Source: Thermoanaerobaculia bacterium (GTDB lineage Bacteria > Acidobacteriota > Thermoanaerobaculia > UBA5066). From it: DNA of 47,782 nucleotides. A program made the translations under genes and the position numbers. Shown here piece by piece: positions 1 through 8,501 of this stretch. The notes under the pieces were generated by a model. That model saw only the letters and a program-made list of their open reading frames with translations. It was not told the origin of the DNA and did not search any database. Each line of letters begins with the position of its first letter. Position 1 is the stretch's first letter. The stretch covers positions 1-47,782 of the forward strand of contig JBBRRY010000030.1 of the NCBI GenBank assembly GCA_038245905.1. The letters run 5' to 3'.

Positions 1-71
1 CCCGCCTTCACCTGCTCGAGCTCCACCAGCCGCGCCCTCTCCTTCGTGCTCAGCCCCACGATCTCCTCCAT
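1..71 (-). CDS. Transposase N-terminus, partial (IS1202/ISNCY-like)
   Basis: Translated by hand: a G-rich RBS, ATG at 71, then MEEIVGLSTKERARLVELEQVKAG. This resembles the (M/L)SxKExxRLxxxxxVxxG start of these transposases. Confidence 0.7.
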   Translation of the reverse strand, partial: MEEIVGLSTKERARLVELEQVKA

Positions 72-141
72 CCGTGCCCCCCTCTTCAGAGGTGACACTT
101 CTATCGAGTTATCGAGGTGACACTTTCATGGAGCTACGACA
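1..141 (-). mobile_element. Left end of an IS1202/ISNCY-family insertion sequence, truncated by the window edge
   Basis: The minus strand begins TGTCGTAGCTCCATGAAAGTGTCACCTC at 141. The 12-bp motif GAGGTGACACTT occurs at 89-100 and 114-125. A TGT terminus with repeated subterminal sites precedes a transposase-like start. Confidence 0.75.
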
Positions 142-207
142 ACACCGTCAGGGTCGTTGACACGCGGCTTGGTGCGACGATACGCTCGCCGCGCCCGCTG
201 GGAGGTT

Positions 208-666
208 GTGACGAAGAAAGCCCTCGCCGCCGCCGCCGTCCTTCTCGTCGGGGGCGCGTACCTCTTCGGCCTCGTCCCGCAGCGGCAGCGCCGCCTCGCC
301 CTCGAGGTCGAGGTGTCGTCGCTCGGGCACCGCCTCGAGATCGCCGAGGACCGCGCCCGGCTCGGGACGATCTTCGCCCGGGCGCACGGCCCGGTCGAGC
401 TCGTCGCCCAGCGAAACTACGGCCAGGCCCAGCAGCTCTCCTCCGTATTCTTCGATGACGTGAGGGCCGAGGCCGGCCGGACGCACGAGCCGGCGTTCCG
501 GGACCCGCTCCTCGGCGTCCTCGCGCTCCGCGACGCCGTCACGGCCGCCCTCTCGAAGGGCGACCCCGCGGCTCTCGAGGAGTTGCGCCGCGCCGCGGCG
601 CTCCTGCAGCCCGTCCTTGAGAAGCCCGCGGCGGCCGCGGGGCCGGCGAAGGCACCGCCGCCCTGA
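208..666 (+). CDS. Hypothetical protein with N-terminal membrane anchor/signal and coiled coil
   Basis: GGAGG RBS at 201-205, GTG at 208 in frame with ORF 157..666. Hydrophobic N-terminus. TTGACA (157-162) and TACGCT (181-186) form a plausible promoter. Confidence 0.7.
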   Translation: MTKKALAAAAVLLVGGAYLFGLVPQRQRRLALEVEVSSLGHRLEIAEDRARLGTIFARAHGPVELVAQRNYGQAQQLSSVFFDDVRAEAGRTHEPAFRDPLLGVLALRDAVTAALSKGDPAALEELRRAAALLQPVLEKPAAAAGPAKAPPP

Positions 667-680
667 CTCTCGACGAGCGA

Positions 681-710
681 AAAAAAACGGGGGGCCTGTG
701 GGCCCCCGTT
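681..710 (-). terminator. Rho-independent terminator, possibly bidirectional
   Basis: GC-rich hairpin AACGGGGGGCC-TGTG-GGCCCCCGTT next to an A run (U tract on the minus strand), between convergent genes. Confidence 0.8.
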
Positions 711-736
711 CGGACTCACCCAGAAGGGCGTCCGGA

Positions 737-1033
737 TCAGGCGAGAAGGGTCGTCGCGCCGATGTCGTAGGTCTCGACGCGCGGGATCCCCTCGAGCACT
801 GGGTTCAGCTTCTCGACGACCTTCGGGAACGTCACGGTCTGGTAGGTGTCCGCGTGCTTGCGGTCGTCCCAGAGACTGATCCCGAGGCCCACGTTGTGAT
901 TCACGAGCATGAGCTCCTGCTTGAAGCCTTCCTGCTTCTTGAGCATGGGGAGGACCTCGTTCGTGAAGAGGGTGTTGAACTCCTTTTCGCGGCCGGTCTT
1001 GATCTGGAAATGGACATTACGAGCAAACTTCAT
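737..1033 (-). CDS. Small ABM (antibiotic biosynthesis monooxygenase)-like dimeric alpha/beta barrel protein
   Basis: 98 aa from MKFARNVHFQIKTGREKEF, with KQEGF and ISLWDD patterns typical of the ABM fold. Confidence 0.7.
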   Translation of the reverse strand: MKFARNVHFQIKTGREKEFNTLFTNEVLPMLKKQEGFKQELMLVNHNVGLGISLWDDRKHADTYQTVTFPKVVEKLNPVLEGIPRVETYDIGATTLLA

Positions 1034-1135
1034 GGAGAGTATTCCTGACTCCCTTGCCGGGGGTTGAAAGTGTACAGGCCTGTTTCGAAATCGTCGGGTC
1101 GAGCACAGCAAGGGAAACAAACTCGACCCACCAAT

Positions 1136-1164
1136 AATCTAGCAAACAATGCCGTGATTGTCAA
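1136..1164 (-). promoter_or_regulatory. Sigma70-type promoter for the ABM-like gene
   Basis: Minus strand reads TTGACA-17 nt-TAGATT with an extended TGn. Confidence 0.75.
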
Positions 1165-1193
1165 CTTGGGTGGTCTTCGCGCCCTCGTGGCCG

Positions 1194-1892
1194 TCAGGAG
1201 GCGCTGCGTTTCGTGGACCGTCTCGTCGCTCCGGCTTTCCCGGGCTGTACCCGCTCGACTCCGGCGAGCTGCTCGTCGAGGACCCGGCGGAGGGTTGCGA
1301 AGGGAATCGGCATGGTGAGGTACTCGTTGACTCCGAAGACGCGAAACGCTTCGTAGCGATACCCGGGGGCCGTGTAGAGCGGCGTCATGATCACGACGGG
1401 GATCTTCGCGGTCGTGGGGCTTCCTTTGAGGATCCGGCAGAGGGCACGGCCGTCGTGGCGGGGCAGGAGGGCGCGTGCGAGGACGAGGTCGGGGGCGTGG
1501 GTGCGGACGAGGCCGAGAACCTCGTCCCCGCGGCGCGCTTCGACGACGCCGTAGCCCAGGGCGCGGACGGCACCTGCCGCGAAGCCTCGCACGTGCGCCT
1601 CGCTCTCGGCGACGAGGACGAGAGGACGCGCCAGGGCGAGAGGGTCGGGATTGTGGATCGCGGCTTCGTCGACGTGGTGTTCGGCCCGTCGCCGCGCCCA
1701 GAGCGCCGCGGGCGCCGCGAGCCAGAAAGCCTGCTTGTACGAGCGGGGCGCCTGACAGAAGCACTTGAGGCACGCAGGGCAGCATAGCGAACGGACCCGT
1801 GCGATGCAGCTGCACCAGGCCGCTTCGAGAACGTCGAAAGGTGCCCGGCAGCTGTAGCAGATCTGCGAGACCCTTTTGACGGCGCCTTTCAC
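1194..1892 (-). CDS. Cys-rich (putative Zn-binding) domain plus atypical response-regulator receiver domain
   Basis: N-terminal CYSC...CSC...CCPACLKCFC. C-terminal REC fold (LVLVAESE, PDLVLARALLPRHDG, IPVVIMT, YLTMP). GTGA overlap with the upstream mscS. Confidence 0.8.
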   Translation of the reverse strand: MKGAVKRVSQICYSCRAPFDVLEAAWCSCIARVRSLCCPACLKCFCQAPRSYKQAFWLAAPAALWARRRAEHHVDEAAIHNPDPLALARPLVLVAESEAHVRGFAAGAVRALGYGVVEARRGDEVLGLVRTHAPDLVLARALLPRHDGRALCRILKGSPTTAKIPVVIMTPLYTAPGYRYEAFRVFGVNEYLTMPIPFATLRRVLDEQLAGVERVQPGKAGATRRSTKRSAS

Positions 1893-2806
1893 GAACCCGC
1901 CCCCGGGGTCCCGGTCACCCGAACGTCGAACACGGGCGCCTCGACGAGATGGAACGTCGCCGAGGCGAGTCCGACGCGCCCGCCGCTCGCGTCGATCCGG
2001 TCGAGGATGCCCGTGAAAAGGCGATCCTTGACGCTCCGCCGCTTCTTGTAGTCGACGACGTAGCGCAACGTGTACTCGATCCAGTTGTCGTTCGCGACCA
2101 TCGTGAGGACCGGTCCGACCTGCGCGTCCTCGATCAGGTACTTCTTCACAAGCTCGTCCCAGGAATTCCGCGCGATTTGGGTGAACTCACCCACGACCTC
2201 GTGCGCGACGCCGAGGAACAGCTCGCGCGCGAGCGCGCGGTCGCTCCCGTATTTCACGGGGATCACGATCTCGTCCCAGAGGAAGGGAAAGTCGGCCGAG
2301 TAGTTGAAGACCGGCTCCTTGAAGACGAAGCTGTTCGCGACGCGCACGATCCGCCCGTTGTAGAGGTCGGCGTTGACCCACTGGCCGCACTCCATGAGCG
2401 TCGTCCGGAGAATCCCGATGTCGATCACGTCGCCCTTGATTCCTCCGAGCTGCACGCGGTCGCCCGGGCTGTAGAACCCGCCGAAGGAGACCGCGCCCCA
2501 CCCCGCCACGCTCGCGATCACCTCCTGGAGCGCGAACGCGATCCCCGCGCCCGCGACGCCGAACGCGACCGTGAGCTGGCCGAGCTTGCTGCTGAAGACG
2601 ATGGACGCGAGGAGGAGCGCCGCGAGGTAGCCGAACAGCGTCACGAACTTGCGGGCCCGGTAGCGGGCGTCACCCGTTTGCAACGTCCTTCCGACGAGCC
2701 TCTTCAGGAGGTGGACGCCCGCCGCGATGACGAGGAAGCCCAGCCCGAGCATCACGAGCTTTCCCGTGACCGGGTCGAAGAGAATCTTCTTGAAGGATTC
2801 TTCCAT
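1889..2806 (-). CDS. mscS: Small-conductance mechanosensitive channel (MscS family)
   Basis: GVAGAGIAFALQ, PGDRVQLGGIKGDVIDIG and PVFNYS motifs. Start reset to MEESFKK. Confidence 0.9.
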   Translation of the reverse strand: MEESFKKILFDPVTGKLVMLGLGFLVIAAGVHLLKRLVGRTLQTGDARYRARKFVTLFGYLAALLLASIVFSSKLGQLTVAFGVAGAGIAFALQEVIASVAGWGAVSFGGFYSPGDRVQLGGIKGDVIDIGILRTTLMECGQWVNADLYNGRIVRVANSFVFKEPVFNYSADFPFLWDEIVIPVKYGSDRALARELFLGVAHEVVGEFTQIARNSWDELVKKYLIEDAQVGPVLTMVANDNWIEYTLRYVVDYKKRRSVKDRLFTGILDRIDASGGRVGLASATFHLVEAPVFDVRVTGTPGAGS

Positions 2807-2810
2807 TTCT

Positions 2811-4565
2811 TCAGGCCTTCTCGGCCGGAGGTTTCGGCGCCGGCGCGGGGCCGACGCCGAGGAACCGGAACGCCGGCGCCTCGTACGTCTTCGGCAGGTG
2901 CTCCCCGGGGATCGTGACCTGGTTGCCGTCGCGCAGGGCGCCGTAGTGGGGCGACATGATCTCGATTCCCGCCTCGTTGAACTTGTCCTGGATGTTCGCG
3001 TGAAGGTCCGAGTACGTCGCCGCCATCCGGCCGGCCTTGTCCGTGAAGGCGTTGATCTCGTACGTGACGTAAAAGTCATCGAGGCTCGTCTGGAGGACGA
3101 ACGGCGGCGGGTGCTCGAGGAGATCGCCGGTCATGTAGGCCGCTGCGAGGAGCGCGCCATGAACGTCCCGCCAGGGCGCGTCGTAACCGATCGTGACGGA
3201 CGTGTTCAGGATGAGAGCCCGCTCGCGGGCCGACGTCGAGTAGTTGAGGATGTGGCTCCCCAGGACCATTCCGTTCGGGATCGTGATGTGGACGTTCTTG
3301 ATCGTGCGGACGCGGGTCACGAGAAGGCTCTTCTCGATCACGTCGCCGACGGTGTCGGCGATCTTCACGCGGTCCCCGACGCGGAACGCCTTCGTGTACG
3401 TCAGGATGACGCCCGCGACGATGTTCGAGATCGCCGAGCTCGACGAGAGCGAGAAGAGGACCCCGAGGAACAGCGAGACGCCCTTGAACGCCGCCGACTG
3501 CGAGCCGGGGATGTAGGGAAACGCCACGACGGCGGCGAAGGCGATGACGAGAAAACGGGCGATGTCGTACGTGGGGGTCGCCCAGTCCCGCTCGAACCCC
3601 GCGATCGCGATCGTCCCGTTCTCGATTTCGGTGAAAAAGAGCCTCACGAGCTTGAGGCCCCAGCGCGTGAGGATGATGATCACGACGAGAAAGAAGAGAT
3701 CCGGGAGATACACCACGAAGGACCACCAGATCGACTTGAGCGGGGTCGCGACGTAGCCGAAGAGCGGACCCACGAGCCCACGGGTCCACGGGAAGAAGCT
3801 CAGGGCGATGGGGACGTATACGAGGACCGCCGTCACGAGGATGGCGAGCCGGATGGCACGCACGAGCCCCTTGAGCGCGTCGGTCATGCGCGTCGCGCTC
3901 ACGATCTCGAGTTTCTGAATCCGGATCGCGGGGATCCGCGTCCCCCTCCACATTTCGAGCTTTCCGAGGACCGCAGGCGTCCCCCTCCTGAGACCGACGA
4001 AGAGGAAAATGAGGAGGACCGTTACGAGCAGGACCCAGAGGCCGTCGACGACGAGCTGCTTGACGCCGATCTCGCGCCTGGCCCTGTTCACGGCCCGCTC
4101 GATCACCCGGGCACGGCTCTCGGCGAGCGCGCGCCGGTCCACCCCGGCCGCCGCCGCCTCGGAGTCCGAAACGCTCGCGAGAACTTTCTCGCCGGCGAGG
4201 ATGTCGGTCGTCGTCTCGTTGTCGCCGACCGTCAGGACGATGTCGCCGGCAAAAGCCTGGCGCGCGAGCTTCCGCAGGCGCTGCGCAGCCGCGGCCGCCC
4301 GGTCCTCGGCGCTGAACGGTCCGAGTTGGCCGGAGACGTGGAACAGGGTCTTGCCGTCGAAGGCGAGAGGCGCTCCGGCAGCCGTGGGGGAGGGCGTTGC
4401 CGCCGCAGGACTGCCGGTCGCGGGCGGGAGCGTCGTCGCCTCCGGGGCCGCAAGACCGCGGCCCGAGGGCAAGAGAGCCGCTGCCAGCACGGCGGCCCCG
4501 AGCAAGGCGCTGGACGGCCTGCGCCGCGTGACTCCACGGGCGAACACGGCTTGCGACGCTATCAC
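2811..4565 (-). CDS. mscS: MscS-family channel with large periplasmic N-terminal domain
   Basis: Signal-like N-terminus, then ISNIVAG, FRVGDRVKIADTVGDV, IPNG and GIEIMSP. GTG start overlaps the stop of the upstream mscS. Confidence 0.88.
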   Translation of the reverse strand: MIASQAVFARGVTRRRPSSALLGAAVLAAALLPSGRGLAAPEATTLPPATGSPAAATPSPTAAGAPLAFDGKTLFHVSGQLGPFSAEDRAAAAAQRLRKLARQAFAGDIVLTVGDNETTTDILAGEKVLASVSDSEAAAAGVDRRALAESRARVIERAVNRARREIGVKQLVVDGLWVLLVTVLLIFLFVGLRRGTPAVLGKLEMWRGTRIPAIRIQKLEIVSATRMTDALKGLVRAIRLAILVTAVLVYVPIALSFFPWTRGLVGPLFGYVATPLKSIWWSFVVYLPDLFFLVVIIILTRWGLKLVRLFFTEIENGTIAIAGFERDWATPTYDIARFLVIAFAAVVAFPYIPGSQSAAFKGVSLFLGVLFSLSSSSAISNIVAGVILTYTKAFRVGDRVKIADTVGDVIEKSLLVTRVRTIKNVHITIPNGMVLGSHILNYSTSARERALILNTSVTIGYDAPWRDVHGALLAAAYMTGDLLEHPPPFVLQTSLDDFYVTYEINAFTDKAGRMAATYSDLHANIQDKFNEAGIEIMSPHYGALRDGNQVTIPGEHLPKTYEAPAFRFLGVGPAPAPKPPAEKA

Positions 4566-5437
4566 GTCCCCGCGGAGAGACTTCCGCTCTTCATGTGCAG
4601 TTCCCGCTGCGGGTAGGGGATCTCGATCGACTTCTCGCGGAACGCCCGGGTAATCGCGAAGTTCAGGTCGCTCCGGAGCATGAGCGGCCGGGTCGTGAAG
4701 GTGGCCGTCCACACGCGGAGGATCAGGTTGATCGCGCTGTCTCCGAACCCGTCGCACACGACGTCGGGCGCGGGGTCCGCGAGGACGCCCGGGTGCTCCC
4801 GCGCGACCTCGAGGAGGACCGCTTTCGTGACCTCGAGGTCCGACCGGTACGAGACTCCCACCGGGACGGAGATCCTCACGTTGCGGTCGCTGTAACTCCA
4901 GTTCACGACCGTGGACGTGATGAAGCTGGAGTTTGGAACAATCATCGCGATGTTGTCGTTCGTGACGATCGTCGTCGCGCGCGGTGCGATCTTCACGACG
5001 TCGCCGTTCACGCCGTTGACCTCGATCCGGTCCCCGACCTTGATGGGGCGCTCGACGAGGAGGACCAACCCGCTGACGAAGTTGCTCGTCACATGCTGGA
5101 GGCCGAACCCGATCCCGACCCCGAGCGCGCCCGCGACGACCGTGATCGCGTCGAGCCGGACCCCAAGTCCCTCGAGGATCGCGAGAAGGCCGAGAACGAT
5201 GACCACGTATCGGACGATCGATCCGACGGCATAGCGGACGCCCTCGTCGGCGCTCCCCATTCCGATCCGTCCGGCCAGGATCCACCTGCGGAGCATTCCG
5301 GAGAGCCAGAACAGCGCAAGAAGGGCCGCGAGGAGGACGAGCAGGGTCGTGACGCTGAACGTCGCACCTTCCGAATGGAACAGCGGCGCCTTCAAGGGGG
5401 CGGCGGCCCTCCCCAATGTGTCGAGAAGATCCTTCAT
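4562..5437 (-). CDS. mscS: MscS-family channel (MscK-like C-terminal core)
   Basis: GALGVGIGFGLQ, SNFVSGLVLLVERPIKVGD, VVNWS and IEIPYPQR motifs. Confidence 0.92.
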   Translation of the reverse strand: MKDLLDTLGRAAAPLKAPLFHSEGATFSVTTLLVLLAALLALFWLSGMLRRWILAGRIGMGSADEGVRYAVGSIVRYVVIVLGLLAILEGLGVRLDAITVVAGALGVGIGFGLQHVTSNFVSGLVLLVERPIKVGDRIEVNGVNGDVVKIAPRATTIVTNDNIAMIVPNSSFITSTVVNWSYSDRNVRISVPVGVSYRSDLEVTKAVLLEVAREHPGVLADPAPDVVCDGFGDSAINLILRVWTATFTTRPLMLRSDLNFAITRAFREKSIEIPYPQRELHMKSGSLSAGT

Positions 5438-5520
5438 TCGCAGGCAGGATAGCATCAAAATCATTTGAGCTCAAACGGATAATGTAGATGCGCGGCTGGC
5501 CTCTGCGGTATTCTGGACGG

Positions 5521-6402
5521 ATGAAACGGATTCGCGTCGCCTCGCTCCAGTATTTCATTCGCCCCGTGACGACCTTCGACCAGTTCCGCGACCAGGTCGC
5601 CGGACTCGTCGACACCGCCCGGGACTACAAGTGCGACCTCATGGTATTCCCCGAGTACTTCACGCTTCAGCTCCTCACGCTCGGTGACGTCCGTCGGCCG
5701 ATCCGCGACCAGGTCCGGGCCCTCTCGGCGCAGGCTCCGCGGTTCCTCGAGCTGATGGAGGGCCTCACGAGGGGCTCGAAGATGCACGTCGTGGCCGGCA
5801 CGATCCCGATGGAGCGAGACGGGAAGATCCGGAACGTCTCCCACCTCTTCACCCCGTCGGGGGCCCACGGTGAACAGGGGAAGCTCCACATGACGCGGTT
5901 CGAGTCCGAGGAGTGGGGCGTCTCCCCGGACACGAACCTCCGGGTCTTCGAGACCTCCCTCGGCCGCCTCGCGATCGCGGTCTGTTACGACGTCGAGTTC
6001 CCCGAGGTCGCGCGGGCCGCGGCGCGCTCGGGCGTCAACGTCCTCATCGTGCCGAGCTGCACGGACGACCGGCAGGGCTACCTCCGGGTGCGGTACTGCG
6101 CCCACGCGCGCGCGATCGAGAATCAGCTTTACGTCGTCCAGTCCTCGACGGTCGGCTCCCTCCCGATGGTGCCGGCCGTGTCCCTCAACTACGGGCAGGC
6201 CGTCATCGTGACGCCCAGCGACTTCGCGTTCGCGCGCGACGGCATCCTCGCCGAGGGGATCCCGAACCAGGAGACGATGGTGATCGGCGAGCTGAACCTC
6301 GAGACGATCGCCGAGAGCCGGGCGACGGGGACCGTCCTGCCTCTACGAGACAGCGAGGAGACGTCCGCGATCGTCTCGCGCCTGGAGATCGTCAGCCTGT
6401 GA
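5521..6402 (+). CDS. Carbon-nitrogen hydrolase (nitrilase superfamily, YhcX C-terminal-like)
   Basis: Catalytic triad motifs FPEYF, GKLH and CYDVEFPE, plus ARAIENQ. Confidence 0.92.
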   Translation: MKRIRVASLQYFIRPVTTFDQFRDQVAGLVDTARDYKCDLMVFPEYFTLQLLTLGDVRRPIRDQVRALSAQAPRFLELMEGLTRGSKMHVVAGTIPMERDGKIRNVSHLFTPSGAHGEQGKLHMTRFESEEWGVSPDTNLRVFETSLGRLAIAVCYDVEFPEVARAAARSGVNVLIVPSCTDDRQGYLRVRYCAHARAIENQLYVVQSSTVGSLPMVPAVSLNYGQAVIVTPSDFAFARDGILAEGIPNQETMVIGELNLETIAESRATGTVLPLRDSEETSAIVSRLEIVSL

Positions 6403-7049
6403 GCGCGAGGGTCCAGGTCCGCCCGATGCGTTCCGAGGACATTCCCGCCATCATCGCGCTGTGCGGGCGGGTCTACCCGCATTCGGCGCCCTGGACGGCC
6501 GAGCAGCTCGAATCGCACCTGAGGGTCTTCCCCGAAGGACAGCTCGTCGCCGTGGACGAGGGCACGGGCGCTCTTGCAGGGATGGCGGCCAGCCTCATCG
6601 TCTACTGGGACGACTACGATCTCATGGCCTCGTGGCGCGACTTCACGGACCACGGCATGTTCACGAACCACGATCCCGAGAGGGGGCGGACGCTGTACGG
6701 AGCCGAGGTCATGGTGGATCCGGAGATGCGGGGCCGGGGGATCGGCGGCGCGATTTACGCCGGACGCCGGCGCCTCACGGAGCGTCTCGGCCTCCTGCGG
6801 ATCCGCGCGGGGGCGCGCTTGCGCGGCTACGGGCGGCACGCGGACGCGATGTCGGCCGAGGAATACGTCAAGAAGGTCGAGTCGGGCGAGATCCACGATC
6901 CGACCCTCTCGTTCCAGATCGAGCACGGATTCTCGCCGCTCGCGGTCGTCAAGAACTACCTCACGAACGACCCCGAGAGTCTCGGCCACGCCGTCGTGAT
7001 CGAGTGGCTCAACGCGAAAGCCTCGGCGGGCCGGGTCCCCCCGCGCTGA
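6399..7049 (+). CDS. GNAT family N-acetyltransferase (YhcX N-terminal/YkwB-like)
   Basis: GTG overlaps the hydrolase stop. Motifs FPEGQLV, VDPEMRGRGIG (acetyl-CoA binding) and DPTLSFQ...YL..DPES. Confidence 0.88.
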   Translation: MSARVQVRPMRSEDIPAIIALCGRVYPHSAPWTAEQLESHLRVFPEGQLVAVDEGTGALAGMAASLIVYWDDYDLMASWRDFTDHGMFTNHDPERGRTLYGAEVMVDPEMRGRGIGGAIYAGRRRLTERLGLLRIRAGARLRGYGRHADAMSAEEYVKKVESGEIHDPTLSFQIEHGFSPLAVVKNYLTNDPESLGHAVVIEWLNAKASAGRVPPR

Positions 7050-7057
7050 AGGGTCTC

Positions 7058-8401
7058 GTGCACCCCGAGCACGTCTTCCTCCTCCTCTTCACGCTCGCGA
7101 CCGCCGTCGCGCTTGTCGCGCGCCAGCTCCGCCTTCCCTACACGATCGCGCTCGTCGCGACAGGCCTCGCCCTCGGGACGCTCCAGCTCGTGGATCCTCC
7201 CCACCTCACGCAGGAGCTCCTCTATGCGCTGATCCTCCCGGGGCTCCTCTTCGAGGCCGCGTTCCACCTTCGCGCGTCAGACGCGTGGCGCAACCGCCTC
7301 GCGATCCAGGCGCTCGCGGTCCCGGGCGTCGTCGCCGGGATCGCGGTGACGGCTGGCCTCCTCCTCGCCGTCTCGAGGACCGGCGGCGCCCTCGGCGGGT
7401 TCACGCTCGCACAGGGAGTGGTCTTCGGCTCGTTGATCGCCGCGACCGACCCGGTCGCCGTCGTCGGCCTCTTCCGCCCGCTCGGCGCCCCCGCCCGCCT
7501 CCGCGTCCTCGTCGAGGGAGAGAGCCTCCTGAACGACGGTACCTCGCTCGTACTCTTCACGCTCGCGCTCGGATTCGCGGCCGGGCGCGTCGTCTCGGGC
7601 AGCGGGGTCGCCCTCGACTTCGTCCGGATCGCCGGGGCGGGCCTCGCCGCGGGGGTCCTCGTAGGCCTCGCCGTCTCGAAGGTCATCCAGCGCGTGGACG
7701 ACCCCATGATCGAGATCACACTCACGACGATCGCGGCCTACGGGTCGTTCGTCGCGGGCGAGACGGTGCACGGGTCCGGCGTCCTCGCGACCGTCTCGGC
7801 CGGTTTGCGAGGCACGAGGGAGCGGCTCCCCTGGCGGTGGAGCGTCGTGATCGGCTGGGCCGGCTTGCGCGGCGCCCTCTCGATGGTGCTCGTCCTCGGC
7901 CTCGCGCGCTCCTTCCCGGGTCGCGAGCTGCTCGTCACGATGACGTTCGGGGTCGTCCTCCTGACCCTCCTCGTTCAGGGGCTCACGATGCCGCCGCTCC
8001 TCAAGGCGCTCGGACTCACGCGGGAGACCGAAGGGCGCGCCGCATACGAGCTCGAGCGGGGCCGCCTCGCGGCCGTTCACGCGGCGCTCGCCCGGCTCGA
8101 CGAGATCCGCCGGACGCGCGATGCGCACCCCGAAACGCTCGACGCCCTCCGGGACTCTTACACGGTGCGCTCCCTCGAGATCGAGGAGGCAATGACGCAG
8201 CTTTTCCGGGGAAAGGAGGCTCTCCGGGCCGAGGAGCTCGAGTCCATCCGGCGCCACCTCCCGCACGTCGAGAAGGATGCGGCCATGGAAGCGCTGCGCA
8301 AGGACGCGATTGGCCGCGACGCCTACGGGAAGCTCCTCGGGGATCTCGACCGGCGCCTGCTCGAGCTGGACGAGGGGACCGGCCGGGACCGCGACGCCTA
8401 G
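7058..8401 (+). CDS. CPA1-family Na+/H+ antiporter (NhaP/YjcE-like) with an apparent in-frame internal deletion; possible pseudogene
   Basis: ATDPVAV, EGESLLNDG, GLRGALS and TLLVQGLT motifs. SGVLATVSAGL is joined almost directly to RERLPWRW. Confidence 0.8.
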   Translation: MHPEHVFLLLFTLATAVALVARQLRLPYTIALVATGLALGTLQLVDPPHLTQELLYALILPGLLFEAAFHLRASDAWRNRLAIQALAVPGVVAGIAVTAGLLLAVSRTGGALGGFTLAQGVVFGSLIAATDPVAVVGLFRPLGAPARLRVLVEGESLLNDGTSLVLFTLALGFAAGRVVSGSGVALDFVRIAGAGLAAGVLVGLAVSKVIQRVDDPMIEITLTTIAAYGSFVAGETVHGSGVLATVSAGLRGTRERLPWRWSVVIGWAGLRGALSMVLVLGLARSFPGRELLVTMTFGVVLLTLLVQGLTMPPLLKALGLTRETEGRAAYELERGRLAAVHAALARLDEIRRTRDAHPETLDALRDSYTVRSLEIEEAMTQLFRGKEALRAEELESIRRHLPHVEKDAAMEALRKDAIGRDAYGKLLGDLDRRLLELDEGTGRDRDA

Positions 8402-8417
8402 GAGCGCGTGAGGCAGC

Positions 8418-8480
8418 TCCGGCCGCTGACGCCTCGGCGTCGGAGACGCTCGCGACAATCAGCTCTCCTGCGAGAATGTC
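8418..8480 (-). pseudogene. Fragment of an MscS periplasmic-domain paralogue
   Basis: Translates to DILAGELIVASVSDAEASAAG versus DILAGEKVLASVSDSEAAAAG at 4143-4205 (16/21 identical). Confidence 0.75.
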
Positions 8481-8501
8481 GGCCTTGAAGATCTCTCCGC
8501 G

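Noticed and set aside
142-200. Possible dif/Xer site next to the IS end (GGTGCG at 171)
   Set aside because: There is no XerD-arm-like TTATGTTAAA sequence, and the region reads better as a promoter.
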